Of a DNA stretch of 64,000 nucleotides, positions 11,401 to 24,000 are shown in pieces. Source of the stretch: Asterias rubens (lineage: Eukaryota). Numbering within the stretch: the stretch's first letter is position 1; each line of letters opens with the position of its first letter. Below the pieces are notes generated by a model. The model worked only from the letters and a program-made list of their open reading frames with translations. It was not told where the DNA came from and searched no databases. The translations under genes were made by a program, and so were the position numbers. The stretch is from positions 9,300,001 through 9,364,000 of the forward strand of contig NC_047072.1 in the NCBI RefSeq assembly GCF_902459465.1. The letters are read 5' to 3'.

Positions 11401-14400
11401 CTACTATCATTATCTTCAAACTGTGTAAGTTTAGTGTAAATCTGTGGACATTGTGTTTTTTGTTCTACAAAAGTTACATAGACCCTTTAAAGCTACTTGA
11501 CATTTATTTTCATGAATATTTTTTTGTTTGTGTAGTTGATTGATGTATTTATTTTGTCTTTGCAAAAACTGTGTAGATGTTTATTGATGACTTTGTTTGC
11601 AGTATATTATATTTGTGTAACTGCATTCTCTGTTATATTATATTGATTGTATTGCATGTATTGTTTTCTTTGCAGTGTGTTGTTTTTTCTATTGCATTCT
11701 TTATTGAAATGTATTTATTGAATTGCATATAAATTGTTTTGCTTGCAGTGTATCTTATTTTCATATTGCATTCTTGATTGTATTATGATTGTGTATGTTG
11801 TACTTGTTTATTGTATTGTTTGCAGTGTATTATATTTGTGTTTTGCATTCTATATTTTATGACATTTGTTGCATTCATTTATATTGATTTATCATTTCTC
11901 TTAATGTACATGTATGATCATGGTGTGTATTCTATATCAATATATATTTCTGCATCATTTTGCTTGCCATCATATTTAATATTTTATGATGCATTTGATG
12001 AGTACAGAAAATATTGAATTGAGTTAAATATTAATACAATCGTATCATGTGATTAATCAAAGCATGATGTTCTCCCTTCTTTAGTCTGATTTCCAAATGT
12101 TTGCCTCTGAAAGGCCGACAAAATGATTATTAAATAATATGAGAACTATAGAAAAGCCTATACAATATATTAAATGTACATATATAGAGATAACTTTGCA
12201 TTAGGCGCTATATAAATCAATATATATTATAATTATTTTTAGGTCAGCCCTTGTCTTCCATTGTCATACTTTTTTTTCCCCAAGGGCCAATTACTATACC
12301 TGTTAATGGGAATATGTAGTATCGCCTGTAAAAGCTTTCTGAGATTATCGTACTTCTTTCAGTGACCACTTTGCAAATTTTTCACGTGTTGTGTAAATGC
12401 ATGTAAAAGAACCCAGGGCACATAAAAAGAAGGGGTGCGCCCCGGTGTTCGTGGCTGGATTGGCAGCATATTGCGCCACGACACAACCTTGTAAACCATT
12501 ACACGGTGCTAAGGATTAGGTCTTATATCTCAAACTTCGTCCCACTCCTTGCAGTAATAATACCTGACGCTTTGTATCCTTTGGCAAAAGGTGCGTTATA
12601 AATATGGGTTTATATTATTATTATTTTTTGCCAATATGACTTCTCTGGGTAACAGTTCATTTTCTTTCATCAACATGTAGACCCCTTTCCCTAAACCTCT
12701 TCGTAAATTTGTAGCTGGAATTTTTATACATTTTTTTATATTTTTTTTTGCTGGAATAGCCTTTGTTAAATGAAACTGGCCTTGCCATCTGAAAGTAGAA
12801 TCTCCAGACCTGGTACTATAACCCGTTTGATTGTTTCTGGAAACACAGGACAGTACTCTCATTGTGACCGGATCGGCGGATCGTAACATCAAGATCTGGG
12901 GTCTTGACTTTGGTGACTGTCACCGGTCGATGTTTGCCCACGATGACAGCATCATGAGCCTTCAGTTTGTCCCTAAGACGCATCTCTTCTTCAGCGCTGG
13001 TAAAGACAAGAAGATCAAGCAGTGGGATGCAGATCACTTTGAGCTGATCACAACGTTAGAGGTGAAGATTGTGATAATCCTTGAGAGATGATAGTGGCCA
13101 TAAGTGGCTTGTACTAAAATGCCCATAGCGGCTGTAAAAGATTTGTCATAATTACATTCTCAGAGAAAGAGGTCATTATTGGAAAGTCATGTCCTAAATT
13201 TTCAAAAGTTTTCATGTTGATGTACTGTTCACATTAATTTGTCAAACACAACAGAAATTCCAGTTCAGATTATGTTTAAGACATTTTTACTGACAACGTA
13301 GATTACAACTGTCAACAATAATAGATAGCTATGTACATGTATGGGCGTGTCTTTGTGGGGTGTCGTGGCCAAGCCGTCTTGGATGGTGGACTCCAGCTCT
13401 GTAATTTACAGAATGTGGGTTTGATTCCTGGCCTGGTCAGTGGTGTAATGACGGCTTTTATGTTAACTTTCCAAGCACCAGTAAATAATCTGCTTATTTT
13501 TGAAATCCTGTACTTGCCCAAATATGGACCACACTGATGGGAGTGCTGATATGGCCCCCCCCCCCCCCCCCGCCCCCCACACACCTCCTTTGAATTACAA
13601 CTCCAATGTGTTTCTGTATATATTTATGTTTTTGCCAATAACATCTTATACTGTCTCATTACAGGGCCATCATGCTGAAGTTTGGTGCCTTGCAGTAAGC
13701 TCAAACGGCAATTTTCTGGTGAGAATTTTGTAAATAAGTACAGACTTTTAACTCAGAGTCGAGCTCTGGTGTTTCTGATCAGCAGAGTGTGTGTTCAAGT
13801 CCTGGATTTGACCCTTGTGTTCTTGAGCAAGGCTCTTCCTTTAATGCTTTGTCCTTTACATGGGACAAAAAAAACATAGGTCCCGTTTGCTGTGTATTCT
13901 GCATGTAAAGGACCACTTATGGCATAGAGAAGGGGTCTGCCCATAGAGTTACATGTATATATAAGAACTAGAGGGCGCACTGGCCTATATACGTGACTCG
14001 GCATGCGCGCAGGCGGCCATTTTGTAAGTTGACAAAACAGCATCGCGTAGCATTCAATAAACACAAACTCCAGCGTGTGTTTCATATTCAATGCACGTAC
14101 AGAATGGCGTGCGAGCGTCTCCTTGTGGTCCCGTCGCGTTTGTGCAAGAAGCATCACCAGTGCGCCCTCTAGTTCTTATATATAACTCTATGGGTTTGTC
14201 TCAGTGTTTGTAGCAGTAGCTGCTTAATGCACCAGCACCACTTTGGGAAACCATTATGGGTCACAAAATTATTGCTCTGCTTTTTGTTTTGATACTCCAG
14301 GTGTCCGGGTCTCATGATAAGTCACTGCGTCTCTGGGAGAGGACTCAAGAACCTCTTGTTCTTGAGGAGGAGAGGGAGATGGAGAGAGAAAAGGCTGCTG

Positions 14401-17400
14401 AGGATGCCATTGCTCATGAAGAGCAACAAGTGGTAAGAATTCTATCTATTCTAAAGGGCCAAATTCTTTTTCGAAATTGTTTTGACCAACCCACCCACCC
14501 CAAATTTCGATTTTTAAATATTGATTTTTCACAATATACTCTATGCACTAAAGAACAAAGTAATGCCTCTAATGATGCAGATTTATCAGGTCAGAGGACT
14601 CCAACATCAGTAGTTTATAATAGCTGTTCCTGGCTTATAAAAACAAACAACTTTGTAGTTGTAATCAGAAATGAAATTGTCAAGCACATCAAACTTTGTA
14701 CAACAGTTTTTAGTTTGATATGACCCTTAAGACCCTTAAATGACCCATTTTAGTTAATTGTCCAGTGACGGCGAGCAGAACTGCTATGTGCCAGACGACG
14801 ATCTGGACCAGCGTGGTATTTTATTTCCTTCCTATTTTCATCATGTAGTAAAGAAAGTGAATTTCGATTTTCAGTTATTTCTTTTGACCCACCCGCCCAA
14901 AATTTCGAGAAAAAAAATAAAATCAAAATTTTTGAATAATTGACTATTATGAATGGCCCCTTACAGTGGTCTGATTCACTGGATCCAAGCTTTGGTGTTG
15001 TCAGCTGTAGAATGTGGTTTCAAATCCCGATCATTACACTTGTTTCGAAAAGAGTTGGGAAGGTAGTGCATTTTGCTCTACCAGTCAAGCTCCTAGTGGA
15101 CGATACCCCTTGCCTATATTCTTAGCGGTTGGAGAGGGGGATAACCCTTTTTGCAGCCCCCAGGAGTAGGTGGCAACATGCCCCTGGTGGCAGTTGATCT
15201 GGGTTGACCTGCACTAAAGACTTGCATACTTGTGAGACAAAGGCATCAAGAAATTTAAAGACAAAACAACTTTTGCAGTTATATGTAAAAAGTTAATCAA
15301 TCCTACAGTGATTAAGTCTTTTTTTATTGTTTTGCTGGTTGTAGCTTCCAGGTCAGGTGGCATCCAATGAGGTAGGCACAGCCGGGAGGAAGACGGTTGA
15401 AACAGTTAAAGCAGCAGAGAGAATCATGGAAGCTCTTGAGCTGTACAAGGAGGAGACGGCCAAGGAAAAAGAGCATAGAGAGACTCAACAGGCTCATAAG
15501 AAAGGATTGGTAAGAGTCTTCCAGCAATTTTGATGTTTTTTTATTTTTATTTACAGCAACCGTGGATACCCTTTTTTCTTTTCTTTTTAATCTGTTTTAA
15601 ATTGTGGTTATTATGCCTGATAAACCTTGGAAAATTATATCTGTGCTTTTCTTATGTTGGGTCCAAAACTACTCTTTTTTTGTAATTAGTTATACAATTT
15701 TAGTTTGTTCACATCTTTCCTTGTTTACAGATCCCACCCATGAAGATGCATCCAATTCTTCAGGCGTTCGGAAACATATCGGTAAGTGTAACAATTGATA
15801 TCCACAATATGAAGAGCTCATCCTGACCTATACATATGATTTTTTAATATTACATGTATCTGAATTTTAAACGATGTCTGGGATGCCGTTTTGCAAATTT
15901 ACAAATTAATGTGAAGTAAAACAGATAATCACCATATGTTTTGTTTTTTTGCAGCCCACAAGATATGTCCTCGATGTCATCAGGAAAGTCAAATCAAGGT
16001 ATGTTGATTTAGAGTGCGACCTGCAGCTGAATGCACATTCCAAATGAAAAGGTGGTCACCTTGCTTTAAATAGACCCTTCTCCGATGACAGCACCATTTT
16101 TTTCACTTAACATGCTGGGGTGCTTTATACAAGGGCATGTCATGTCAACCCAGACTAAAAATGCACATAAGCATGTGCTCCAAAGCTCATGTGCATAGTA
16201 CTCTCGCCTTACTCCAGAAATGTGAAATCAGAAGGTTCTATACTAGCTCATGCTCATCATGGGCACAGAGTTTGAATAAAACTCTTTTGACCCAATTCAT
16301 TTTGGTTGAACTGCTTAAGCATATAAATTTAATTTAGAGCGTAAAACAGTTTTGTTCACGTGAAAAGTGTTATCTAGTACAATTTGCGGCTATGACTTGA
16401 TGACAATATCAATGTGCATTGATGCATAGGCTGCTCTTAAAGGAACCTTACAGAATTGGTTTTGCTAGCAAAAAAGTTGCTGGCAGTGTAAGCACACTAT
16501 GCAATCCGCAATATACATAAACTGACAAACCTGTAGAAGTTTGAGATCGACCGGCCATCTGGGTCATGAGAGAATAGTGAAAAACAGATTACAAATTTTG
16601 CATTGCATCGATGCCAAAACAAAAATAAATAAAACGCTCACTGAGCGATAAACTCAAAACGCGAAATTAAATTATTTCGTTCTCATCAAATATGAAATTT
16701 CAGACAGAAATATTTCAAGGGATGTTTTCTACTATCATCATCACCATGTAAGTTTTATGTAAATCTGTGATCTTCACGATTTTTGTTTCTTACCAATTCT
16801 GTAAAGCAACAGCCAAACCCATCAGCCACCAATGCAGATTAGTGGCATGTCATGTCAACCCAGACTGTTATGTGCTATTTGATGCTCCAACAAGTAGTAA
16901 AATCCTTAAACACTTTGGAATTAATTTGTTTTATTCCTGTTTGGTTTTGCAGTGAGTTAGAGGAGGCGTTATTGGTCATCCCCTTCAGCTATGTACTGGA
17001 CCTTCTACCTCTTCTAGAGACCTTCATTAACTCAGGGTGGCAGGTGGAGCTGTCTTGCAGGTGTCTACTCTTCCTACTCAGGTAAGCTTGTCTAAAACAA
17101 TGAGTTTGTAGGAAGTCATTGTTACATGCAAACTTGTGGGTATCGGTACAACCATATTAATATCTCTTAGAAGAGGACAGTTGCCTAAGACTCTAAAATC
17201 CGGTTCATACTTCCTGAGAAAGTTAATGGGCTACAAAAATTGACATCACAAATTCAAAACGAACAGGTCGCATAAGTTGACTTGTGTTCAACTCCTGCCA
17301 AACATTCAAGGCGAAAACAGCCATATGACATCGAAATTCGCTTCCGTTCACATTTGCAGGGGGTATAAACCGGGCTAAAGGGGAGGAGTGTTGGCTCTGA

Positions 17401-19194
17401 CAAAAGCAACGACCAATTTCATGGCTCTGTCAAGCGCGGAGTTGTACACTTACAGTCCCCATTCTTTGCTTACTATTCAAGCGCTGAATTGTTTTCTTCG
17501 TTAACCCATAAATGTATGCTGTCAGTGTGGAATTCCCTACTTTTGTCAGTGCGGATTCTTTGGGTTTGGTGAGCAGAGCCATGACATTGGGCCCTGGTGT
17601 TGTGGTCTCGGCGTTCCAAAAGTATACTCTCCTCGTCTTCAGGAATTTTGTTTGACAAGCAAAAATAATGTTGGGCTTTATTTCCACTGTATTTGTTTTT
17701 GTATTTCCATTGTTATTTTGCCTACTTAATTTGTAAGCGATCATAATTTATATATCAGCCATGCTTTATACTTGTTATGAATGCTTTTGATCATATTCTG
17801 GTGCTTTGTATTAAATTGTTTATTTTTGCATGTATTGTTAGTATTGAAACTATTATAGTTAATATTGATGCATTTTCTCTGTCCATTTACACTTAATCAT
17901 GTTGTTATGAAAAATTATTTAATAATTTTGACAATATCTAAAACATGTGAAATTGATATTCACAGGTTACTTTTAACGTATATATCTACATTTATATAGG
18001 ATTAAAATAATAGAACGGTTACAAAACCCGAAGGTCTTTGTGGAAATTCAAGCCCTGGTCTTTCTATGAAATATTTACAAATCTTTGTTTACAATTGTGT
18101 TGGTAGGGTGCATCATGGTCAGATCACATCTAGTCAAGTATTGTTACCAATCATTGATAAAGTACGCAGCAGTTCCATGAGACAAGTACACCATCTCAGG
18201 GTAAGTCCACAGCACCAAATCATATCAACCTACTATTTTGAGCCCATGCGGGAAAATCCCATTAAAAACAGTGGGCCGCAAGTCCATCATTTGAGTTAAC
18301 TTGGTCATTAAACTAAATGGATGAGAAGTTAATTTGCCTTGGTTATTCAGCATGACCACTGGTTTGTGCATGATCAACTTAGCTACACTGTATGGAAAAG
18401 GAATTACATGGAGATAACAGGTGTAAGTTGTCAGATAAAAAGGATGTATCCTTTTTGGCCTCTTTCTTTAATGGAGCATTCCCAAAATGGTTGACTGATT
18501 CTAGTGGGAAATTTGAATATTATTAGCCATTTTTAGTCAGATAACTCTTAAAAGTTGTGCTCACAGGTTTTATCAAATTGAGCCCACGAGTTGAGTCCAC
18601 GGCACAAGCCCACTCAGTCTTGTCTCTTTAAAGCCATTGGACCCTTTCGGTAAACAGTATTGTCTAAGGCCCACACTTTGTGTACCACAACTTCTATATC
18701 AAATAACAAACCTGTGAAAATTTAGGCTCAATCGGTCATCGGAGTCGGGAGAAAACAACGGAAAAACCCACCATTGTTTCCGCGCGTTTCGCCGTGTCAT
18801 GACATGTGTTTAAAATAAATCCGTAATTCTCGTTAACGAGAATTTATATTGTTTTGCTGTTTTCTCAATGGAATAATATTTCAAGAGAAGTCTTTCACCA
18901 TTGTTATTTGTAAATCTGTGAACTTCTATTTTTTTTTCTGAACCGAAAGGGTCCAATGGCTTTAACAAAATCATTTGGCATTTTATTTCAGAAGAAATCA
19001 GAACCCCAACCTAAAACTCTTATTCTCCTATTGTGTTTCAGGACCAAATAGGTTTCAATCTTGCTGGTCTGCAATTCCTCCATCGTGAAGTGGAGTCGAG
19101 AAGTGACGTCCAGCTTTTTGGAGATGCCAGTATCAAGATGAAAGAGAAAAAGAAGAAGAAACGGAAGCTCATGCTCACCATGGCAACCAGCTAA
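2429..19194 (+). CDS. WDR3: WD repeat-containing protein 3 (UTP12/DIP2), SSU processome component
   Basis: 23 GT-AG coding exons: 2429-2599, 2937-3149, 3942-4060, 4447-4525, 4997-5092, 5592-5687, 6000-6101, 6775-6872, 7455-7559, 8070-8306, 8751-8844, 8965-9066, 9480-9707, 11040-11096, 12849-13061, 13665-13718, 14301-14432, 15345-15509, 15731-15781, 15955-15998, 16953-17081, 18107-18200, 19042-19194. Total 2832 nt = 943 aa + stop with consistent phases. Motifs MGLTKQYLRY, GHRSDVR, LYGHKLPV, GSADRNIKIWGLDFGDCH and the Utp12 C-terminal domain (ELEEALLVIPFSYV). Confidence 0.97.
4600..4916 (-). mobile_element. tRNA-headed SINE (WDR3 intron 4)
   Basis: The reverse strand has an A-box-like TGGCTGAGCGG, a B-box-like GGTTCGATAAC and a body (gaaggtagtgcattc...ccaggagtaggtg) shared with the plus-strand copy at about 14965-15245. 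Confidence 0.65.
5853..5900. repeat. (ATTGC)n(ATTGT)n microsatellite
   Basis: Directly visible pentamer array. Confidence 0.9.
6171..6735 (+). mobile_element. SINE with Deu-domain-like core, interrupted by a second SINE
   Basis: ggataggacgtgaagctattggccctgtgtgttg (6171-6210) resumes as gcataaaagaactcggtgcacttatc...gttcgccccggtgttcc (from 6531). The uninterrupted 3' part recurs at about 12388-12610. Confidence 0.6.
6211..6530 (-). mobile_element. tRNA-headed SINE inserted in reverse inside another SINE
   Basis: The reverse strand starts gggtggcatggttggcttgtgcg...gttcgattcccggg (A/B-box-like), followed by gtatgtgagtt...ggttttcctccctcggg. Confidence 0.6.
7871..8087 (+). repeat. Tandem triplication of the WDR3 exon 10 splice acceptor plus exon head
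   Basis: (aaatg)n...caatt(c/t)acag|gtcatttgctaccct occurs three times, with exon-like starts at 7899, 7992 and 8070. Confidence 0.9.
9913..10298 (+). mobile_element. TTAA-flanked MITE, family A (Kolobok-like)
   Basis: TTAA|(a/t)GGCAGTGGACACTATTGGTAATT...AATTACCAATAGT(g/t)TCCACTGCCT|TTAA. TTAA targets with RR...YY termini are the Kolobok signature. Confidence 0.85.
10584..10978 (-). mobile_element. TTAA-flanked MITE, family A (inverted relative to the 9913 copy)
   Basis: Same TIR and internal sequence in reverse orientation. Confidence 0.85.
11153..11490. mobile_element. TTAA-flanked MITE, family C
   Basis: TTAA|AGG...CCT|TTAA termini; internal inverted blocks (gaaagcttccct...tactgaggtgctgtagtt / aactacagcacctcag...agggaagctttc). 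Confidence 0.7.
12388..12615 (+). mobile_element. SINE 3' part (Deu-domain-like core) ending in (TAT)n
   Basis: Homologous to 6531-6735 (gccccggtgttc...gattggcagcatatt...ccttgtaaaccattac). Confidence 0.6.
13941..14193. mobile_element. MITE with CCATAGAG termini inserted into a SINE
   Basis: TIR of about 37 bp ccatagagtta...tataagaactagagggcgcactgg with its inverse at 14157-14193. The flanks (13760-13940, 14194-14260) are SINE sequence. Confidence 0.8.
14965..15245 (+). mobile_element. tRNA-headed SINE
   Basis: Same family as the reverse copy at 4600-4916. Confidence 0.55.
16437..16806 (+). mobile_element. TTAA-flanked MITE, family D (right end degenerate)
   Basis: TTAA|AGGAACCTTACAGAATTGG with partial inverse ccaattctgtaa; internal aaacctgtagaagtttgag resembles families A and B. 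Confidence 0.55.
18628..18965 (+). mobile_element. TTAA-flanked MITE, family B
   Basis: TTAA|AGCCATTGGAC...GTCCAATGGCT|TTAA; further copies at 21424 and 48613. Confidence 0.85.
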
Positions 19195-19854
19195 AAAGGC
19201 AACAAATTTTGAACTATTCCTGTTGATTTTTCTTTTATGTAACATTTTGATAGATGTTTAACTTGCATCGGGGACAAAGAATATTAGTTTTGCTCAATAC
19301 TTTTTCCGAGTTCTGTGAAAAAGAATCACAGGCAAAAATCTCTGTTGCAAATTTAATATCGATGAAATTGTTGCGCTCCCTGCTGTTAAATTATAGGATT
19401 CGAACTGCCTCCAGCTTCCGGGAAATCTCGGCCGTCTAGTTTGTAAGACACTGCTCTAGAATTGCAAAGGTCCTGGGTTCGAATCCCACGCGAGTAATAT
19501 GCCAGTAACACATTTTGTTTCTGTTTTTTGTTTTGTTTTCTGTTTAAATTTTTCCCTGAATGGTGTTGTTAAGCCACCACATCAAGTACAAATTAATATC
19601 ACCACATATTAATAATAATGTAGGAATTTTGTAATGTGCAAAATCAATCTATACAGAGATGTTGGAAGGCGCAGAGAAACAGACAATGTTAACAAACATG
19701 TACATAATATATCAGTGAAAAGAAAGCAAAAATACAATCATGGAAAACACACTACAAATAACAATGGAAAGCAATACAACTATGAATTTAAGAAATACAT
19801 CTAGAAAATATGAGTTGAATTCGGCTGTAATTAAATTACCTCCTGGTGTTGGGG

Positions 19855-19998
19855 TTGTCAAATCAAATCAAATCGAATCAATCAAAATTTATTTCCATAC
19901 AGACACAATAAACAAATACAAACAGTAGGATGTTACAAGACTGAAAACTGTATGGAGGCATGGCCCATTAAAGCAAAGCTTGTAGGCTGGGATGCCTT
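19855..19998 (-). mobile_element. Probable LINE/SINE 3' end with (GATTT)n tail
   Basis: (caaat)n tail on the plus strand followed by a non-repetitive 3'-UTR-like segment. Confidence 0.35.
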
Positions 19999-21084
19999 TA
20001 CAAAACAATGGAAAGTAATAACAATGAGGTCTTTTTCAAATAAAACTGACAAAATAATTGTTCTCTGACATAAAACCAACTTTTGTACTGTGACAGTTCA
20101 TTTATTGAATCAAACTGTTTGATTTTAGAAAAAAGTCCACTCTCAATCATGTGTTTTCCCCGATAATGCTGCTGTTGCGTTTTACTTTGGTAAGGTAATT
20201 TTCGAGCAAAATGTTACTCTCATCAGACCTTGAACCTCACTCTTGAAGGGGCATAGCAGTTTTCCTCTGGTTAGAGGCACTTTGTTGAAGAAAATGTAAA
20301 TTTTTATTGGAACTTTGCAAAAAGGCACCCCGACAAATGCACCACGGCAATTGCTGTGGGTGCCGCGGGTTATTTCAAGTCCTGTACACTTCAATGTTTT
20401 CTCCTTACAGTGTTCCTTCAGTGAAACTCAATGTTAAAGTCCAATGGAGACAACACTATCCTATCATCCTTTGTTGCCAGTATTGTTGGTCTTTAAGTCT
20501 TGTCGTTATTGTGTACGTTTGTTTTTCATAGTGGGTCTTTCCAGGTCAGCTTGAGGTGGTTCTATAACATTCTTTGTTGTAGTCAGGATCAAGACATTTG
20601 AGAGCAAGACGGAGATCATTACCTGTGGGTCCGAATTGGGAGACTGGCGTGGAGACTTACAATACTAGAATTGGTCCTTGAAGGGCACCGTGATGCCTCT
20701 CTCCCCCGTCATTGAACCAAAGGCAGCTTATGTCTATTTCATATTTAGTATAAAGCATTTGAAAACCAATGCTGTCTTTCTAAGGACTTTTCCCTGTTTT
20801 CAGGACAAAAGCCTTCAAGTTTTCTTAATAGAAATGAAGCAGTCACCAAAGGAAGAATAGTCCACATTGTGTCCAAACCTGTAGCTTTGTATTTCAGGTG
20901 ATGCACAGAGTCTGTAATCTCCTGACTGGTAATATGTTGCAGATGCCGGGTCTGGAATAAACGAAAACCAAGACCATCAAGCCTTTTTATTCCAGGAAGT
21001 TTTCACATACATATCTCGACCCTGAAGTATAAAAAAGGAGCTCATTTATTGCATTTTGAGTTAAGCATTTCTCGACGATGTCCT

Positions 21085-24000
21085 TCAAACCTCGCTCTCC
21101 CTCTGAGGTTGTCGGCTCTGTTGCTCAACAATCCACTTAGTAGCGTTGGCCTCATTCGCCTTCTCCACATCCAACAGATTCGTGGGGAAGCTAGGCCTCT
21201 TCCCGTCCTTGTCCAACATAGGTGAAGCCAGGTCTCTGACCTCCGCATAGCGGTGATTGGTCTGGGATCTGTTCAGAGAGTCTGGTTGTTCAGCCTGGTG
21301 GAGCGGCTGGTCAATACGGCTGAAGAAAACTTTGCAACGTCCCAACAACAGAATGAAGAACACCTCCACAATAATGAGGTAGTTGTACAGCACTGGAAGG
21401 GAAAAAGCAAATAAACTTATTTGTTAAAGCCATTGGACACTTTTGGTACAGAAAAAAAAATTAAAGTTCACAGATTTACAAATAATTTACATGGTTTACA
21501 GAAGGTAATGGTGAAAGACTTCTCTTGAAATATTATTCCATGAAATGCTTTACTTTTTGAGAAAACATTAAAACAATATCAATTCTCGATAGCGAGAATT
21601 ACGGATTTATTTTAAACACATGTCATGACACGGCGAAACGTGCGGAAACCAAGGGTGGATTTTCCTGTTATTTTCTCCCGACTCCGATGACCGTTTGGCC
21701 CAAATTTTCACAGGTTTGTTATTTTATATATAAGTTGTGATACAGGAAGTGTGGGACTTGGACAATAGTGTTTACCCAAAGTGTCCAATGGCTTTAATGC
21801 TCTACCTTCCCCTTCCCCCCCCCCCGAGTTTTTTTTTTCGTTTTAAATGAGAGATCGCCTAACGATCACAAGGCCACAGACAGCCTCTTTAAGGTGAGGG
21901 TTACACACTTATCTGATCTAACTGATTTGGACTATGGACCCGAATCAAGTGCCACAAGGGGCATGTTCCCACCCACATGTACTCCTTGGTCTGAAACAGG
22001 GTTAACCCTTTACAGTTCGTAAGGATGTAGGCATGGATAGCAGGAGTAGAATAGTGGCTGGTAGAGTAGAATGGAATTTAAGGAATACCTTCCCAAAATA
22101 GGGCAGGGGTTAGGGAAATCCTGACTTGTTGGGTTCCCCAAGGCTGATCCTCCAATCTAGAAATTGAACTGTACTTACAAGTCGATCTAATACTGGGTGA
22201 TAACACCCCCTTGCAAGGCAGAGAGATGGACTGGGAAATGATACTAATCACAAGTGACTGGACGCTTGGTATGATCATGAAAGCCTTGAGCAGCGAGAAC
22301 TTGAGCCTGAAGTTGCCGTACATCGCTGCCAGGCTGGCATTAGCAGCTACGTTAATGATGGTCAATGCATACATCGCTGTCAGTGTCGACACAATAACAA
22401 GGGCAGTGAGGTAGATGAAGGCTGATTCTGCATCTATCTGTGTAGACATAAATTAAAAATGGTGGTCTGTACATGTTTCTTTGTAGGAGACTCATATGTA
22501 AATTTATGTAAATTTATCTAAAGTTGTCCTTCTAGTATTCTGGGCGAGTGTTACCTCTTTTAAAGTACTGTTCAATTTGTATTTTTTATTCGATGATTTG
22601 TGTTTTCATGTTACCCTTAAAAGCGTTACATACGAAATGTGGACCTGAGAACAAAGGTCCACACAGTGAAAGGACTTGAAACACACATTCTATCCTTATG
22701 AAAACATCTTTTGTTCTTTCTATTGTCCCTGTAGTTAAAAACCTCCAATAGATTGTGTACACTTCTTGTGGAGTACAGTCTTTAGAATTCCCCTATGGAG
22801 ACCTTTTGTCTTCCCTTTTCTGTTTTGTTCTCGGGTCTCCACTTGGTAGTAGTGAATATGAAAACACTATGTGAACTTACAAACATCCACACAGTGTTTT
22901 TTTACTGTGTTGAAGAATATGATTTTTATGAAGTGTACAGAACAATGAGTGTCCACAGAGTCTAAGCAGCAAAGAGATGGGCTTTTCTATTAGTGTGTAT
23001 TGGGATCTGTTGAAATAGTTTACATGAACACACGTTCTCAAAAAGACCTCCTTGTGGAGCATTATTCTGTTCTTTGCTTAGTCCCCCTATTCTCTTCTTT
23101 TCTCTTTTTTTTTGACTTGTCCTTGGTCTTAATAAGGTACCGAAATAATTACAATAATAATAATAATACAGCATTTTGAAAGCGCACTTAATCTGTAAAA
23201 CATGCAAAGGCGCTGGTCAAAGAACAAGCAGAAAACTTCACTCAATATCTGCAGAGGCTAATCTGAAGAGATGGGTTTTGAGAGAATGTTGGAATCGTGA
23301 GATGTCATGTGTGTCCTTGAGATATTGAGGCAGAGAGTTCCAGAGGCGGGGTGAAATGTTACTGAATGTCCTGTCCCCATAGCTGGAAATGAGCACAACC
23401 GTGATCTCCCACATGGACATGCCCTTGGTGTTCACATTTCTTGATGACATACCTGAGTGGGGTTATAAAGCCCATCTGCCCAAAGGATAGCAGTTACAAA
23501 GAGAGTCATCGGCTGGACTACGGCTAGCTGAAGCACCGCAGCTCGCAATCGATGTAAATGAGGCCTGTAGATTAGAAATGGATTGAATGAGTTATCAAAA
23601 AGATCGACCGAGTTACTGATCACTGAATCCGATTAGGCTCTTGGTGAATTGATTGATTGTAAAAAAATAAAACTCAGTTCAGTCTCCTTAAAAGCACTGG
23701 ACAATATTGGTAATATAGAGGTACACCCCTGCAGTTCCTACCTAAAAACCACCCCATATGCCACCTTGTAAGCACAGGACAACCATATGGTTCTATCAAG
23801 AACAGGCGTGAAACTCTTCTTACTTTAGTCTGACAAAAAAACAAAATTGCCCTTGCAAAAGTTGAAAAATCAAAAAAATTGTGAGTAAATTGTCTAAAAA
23901 GTTTATAAAAGGTTATTACATATTCACATGTTGGAATGTCCCTTATACAATTTTCTGACTTTTCCCAATGACCAAATATGCTTGTTGTTGACCCCACCAC

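Noticed and set aside
11500-12060. Long T-rich hydrophobic-looking ORF region (11778-12017)
   Set aside because: Decayed (ATTGT)-like low-complexity intron sequence.
14256-14723. 155-aa ORF
   Set aside because: Only 14301-14432 is WDR3 exon 17; the rest is intron read-through.
2600-19041. Intronic snoRNAs expected in a ribosome-biogenesis host gene
   Set aside because: No convincing C-box/D-box pair with a terminal stem was found by eye. H/ACA RNAs cannot be excluded without a covariance-model search.
19430-19500. tRNA-like sequence with GGTTCGAATCCC
   Set aside because: No acceptor stem or complete cloverleaf; it is a SINE head, like those at about 4110-4165, 13365-13430, 13760-13810 and 36390-36450.
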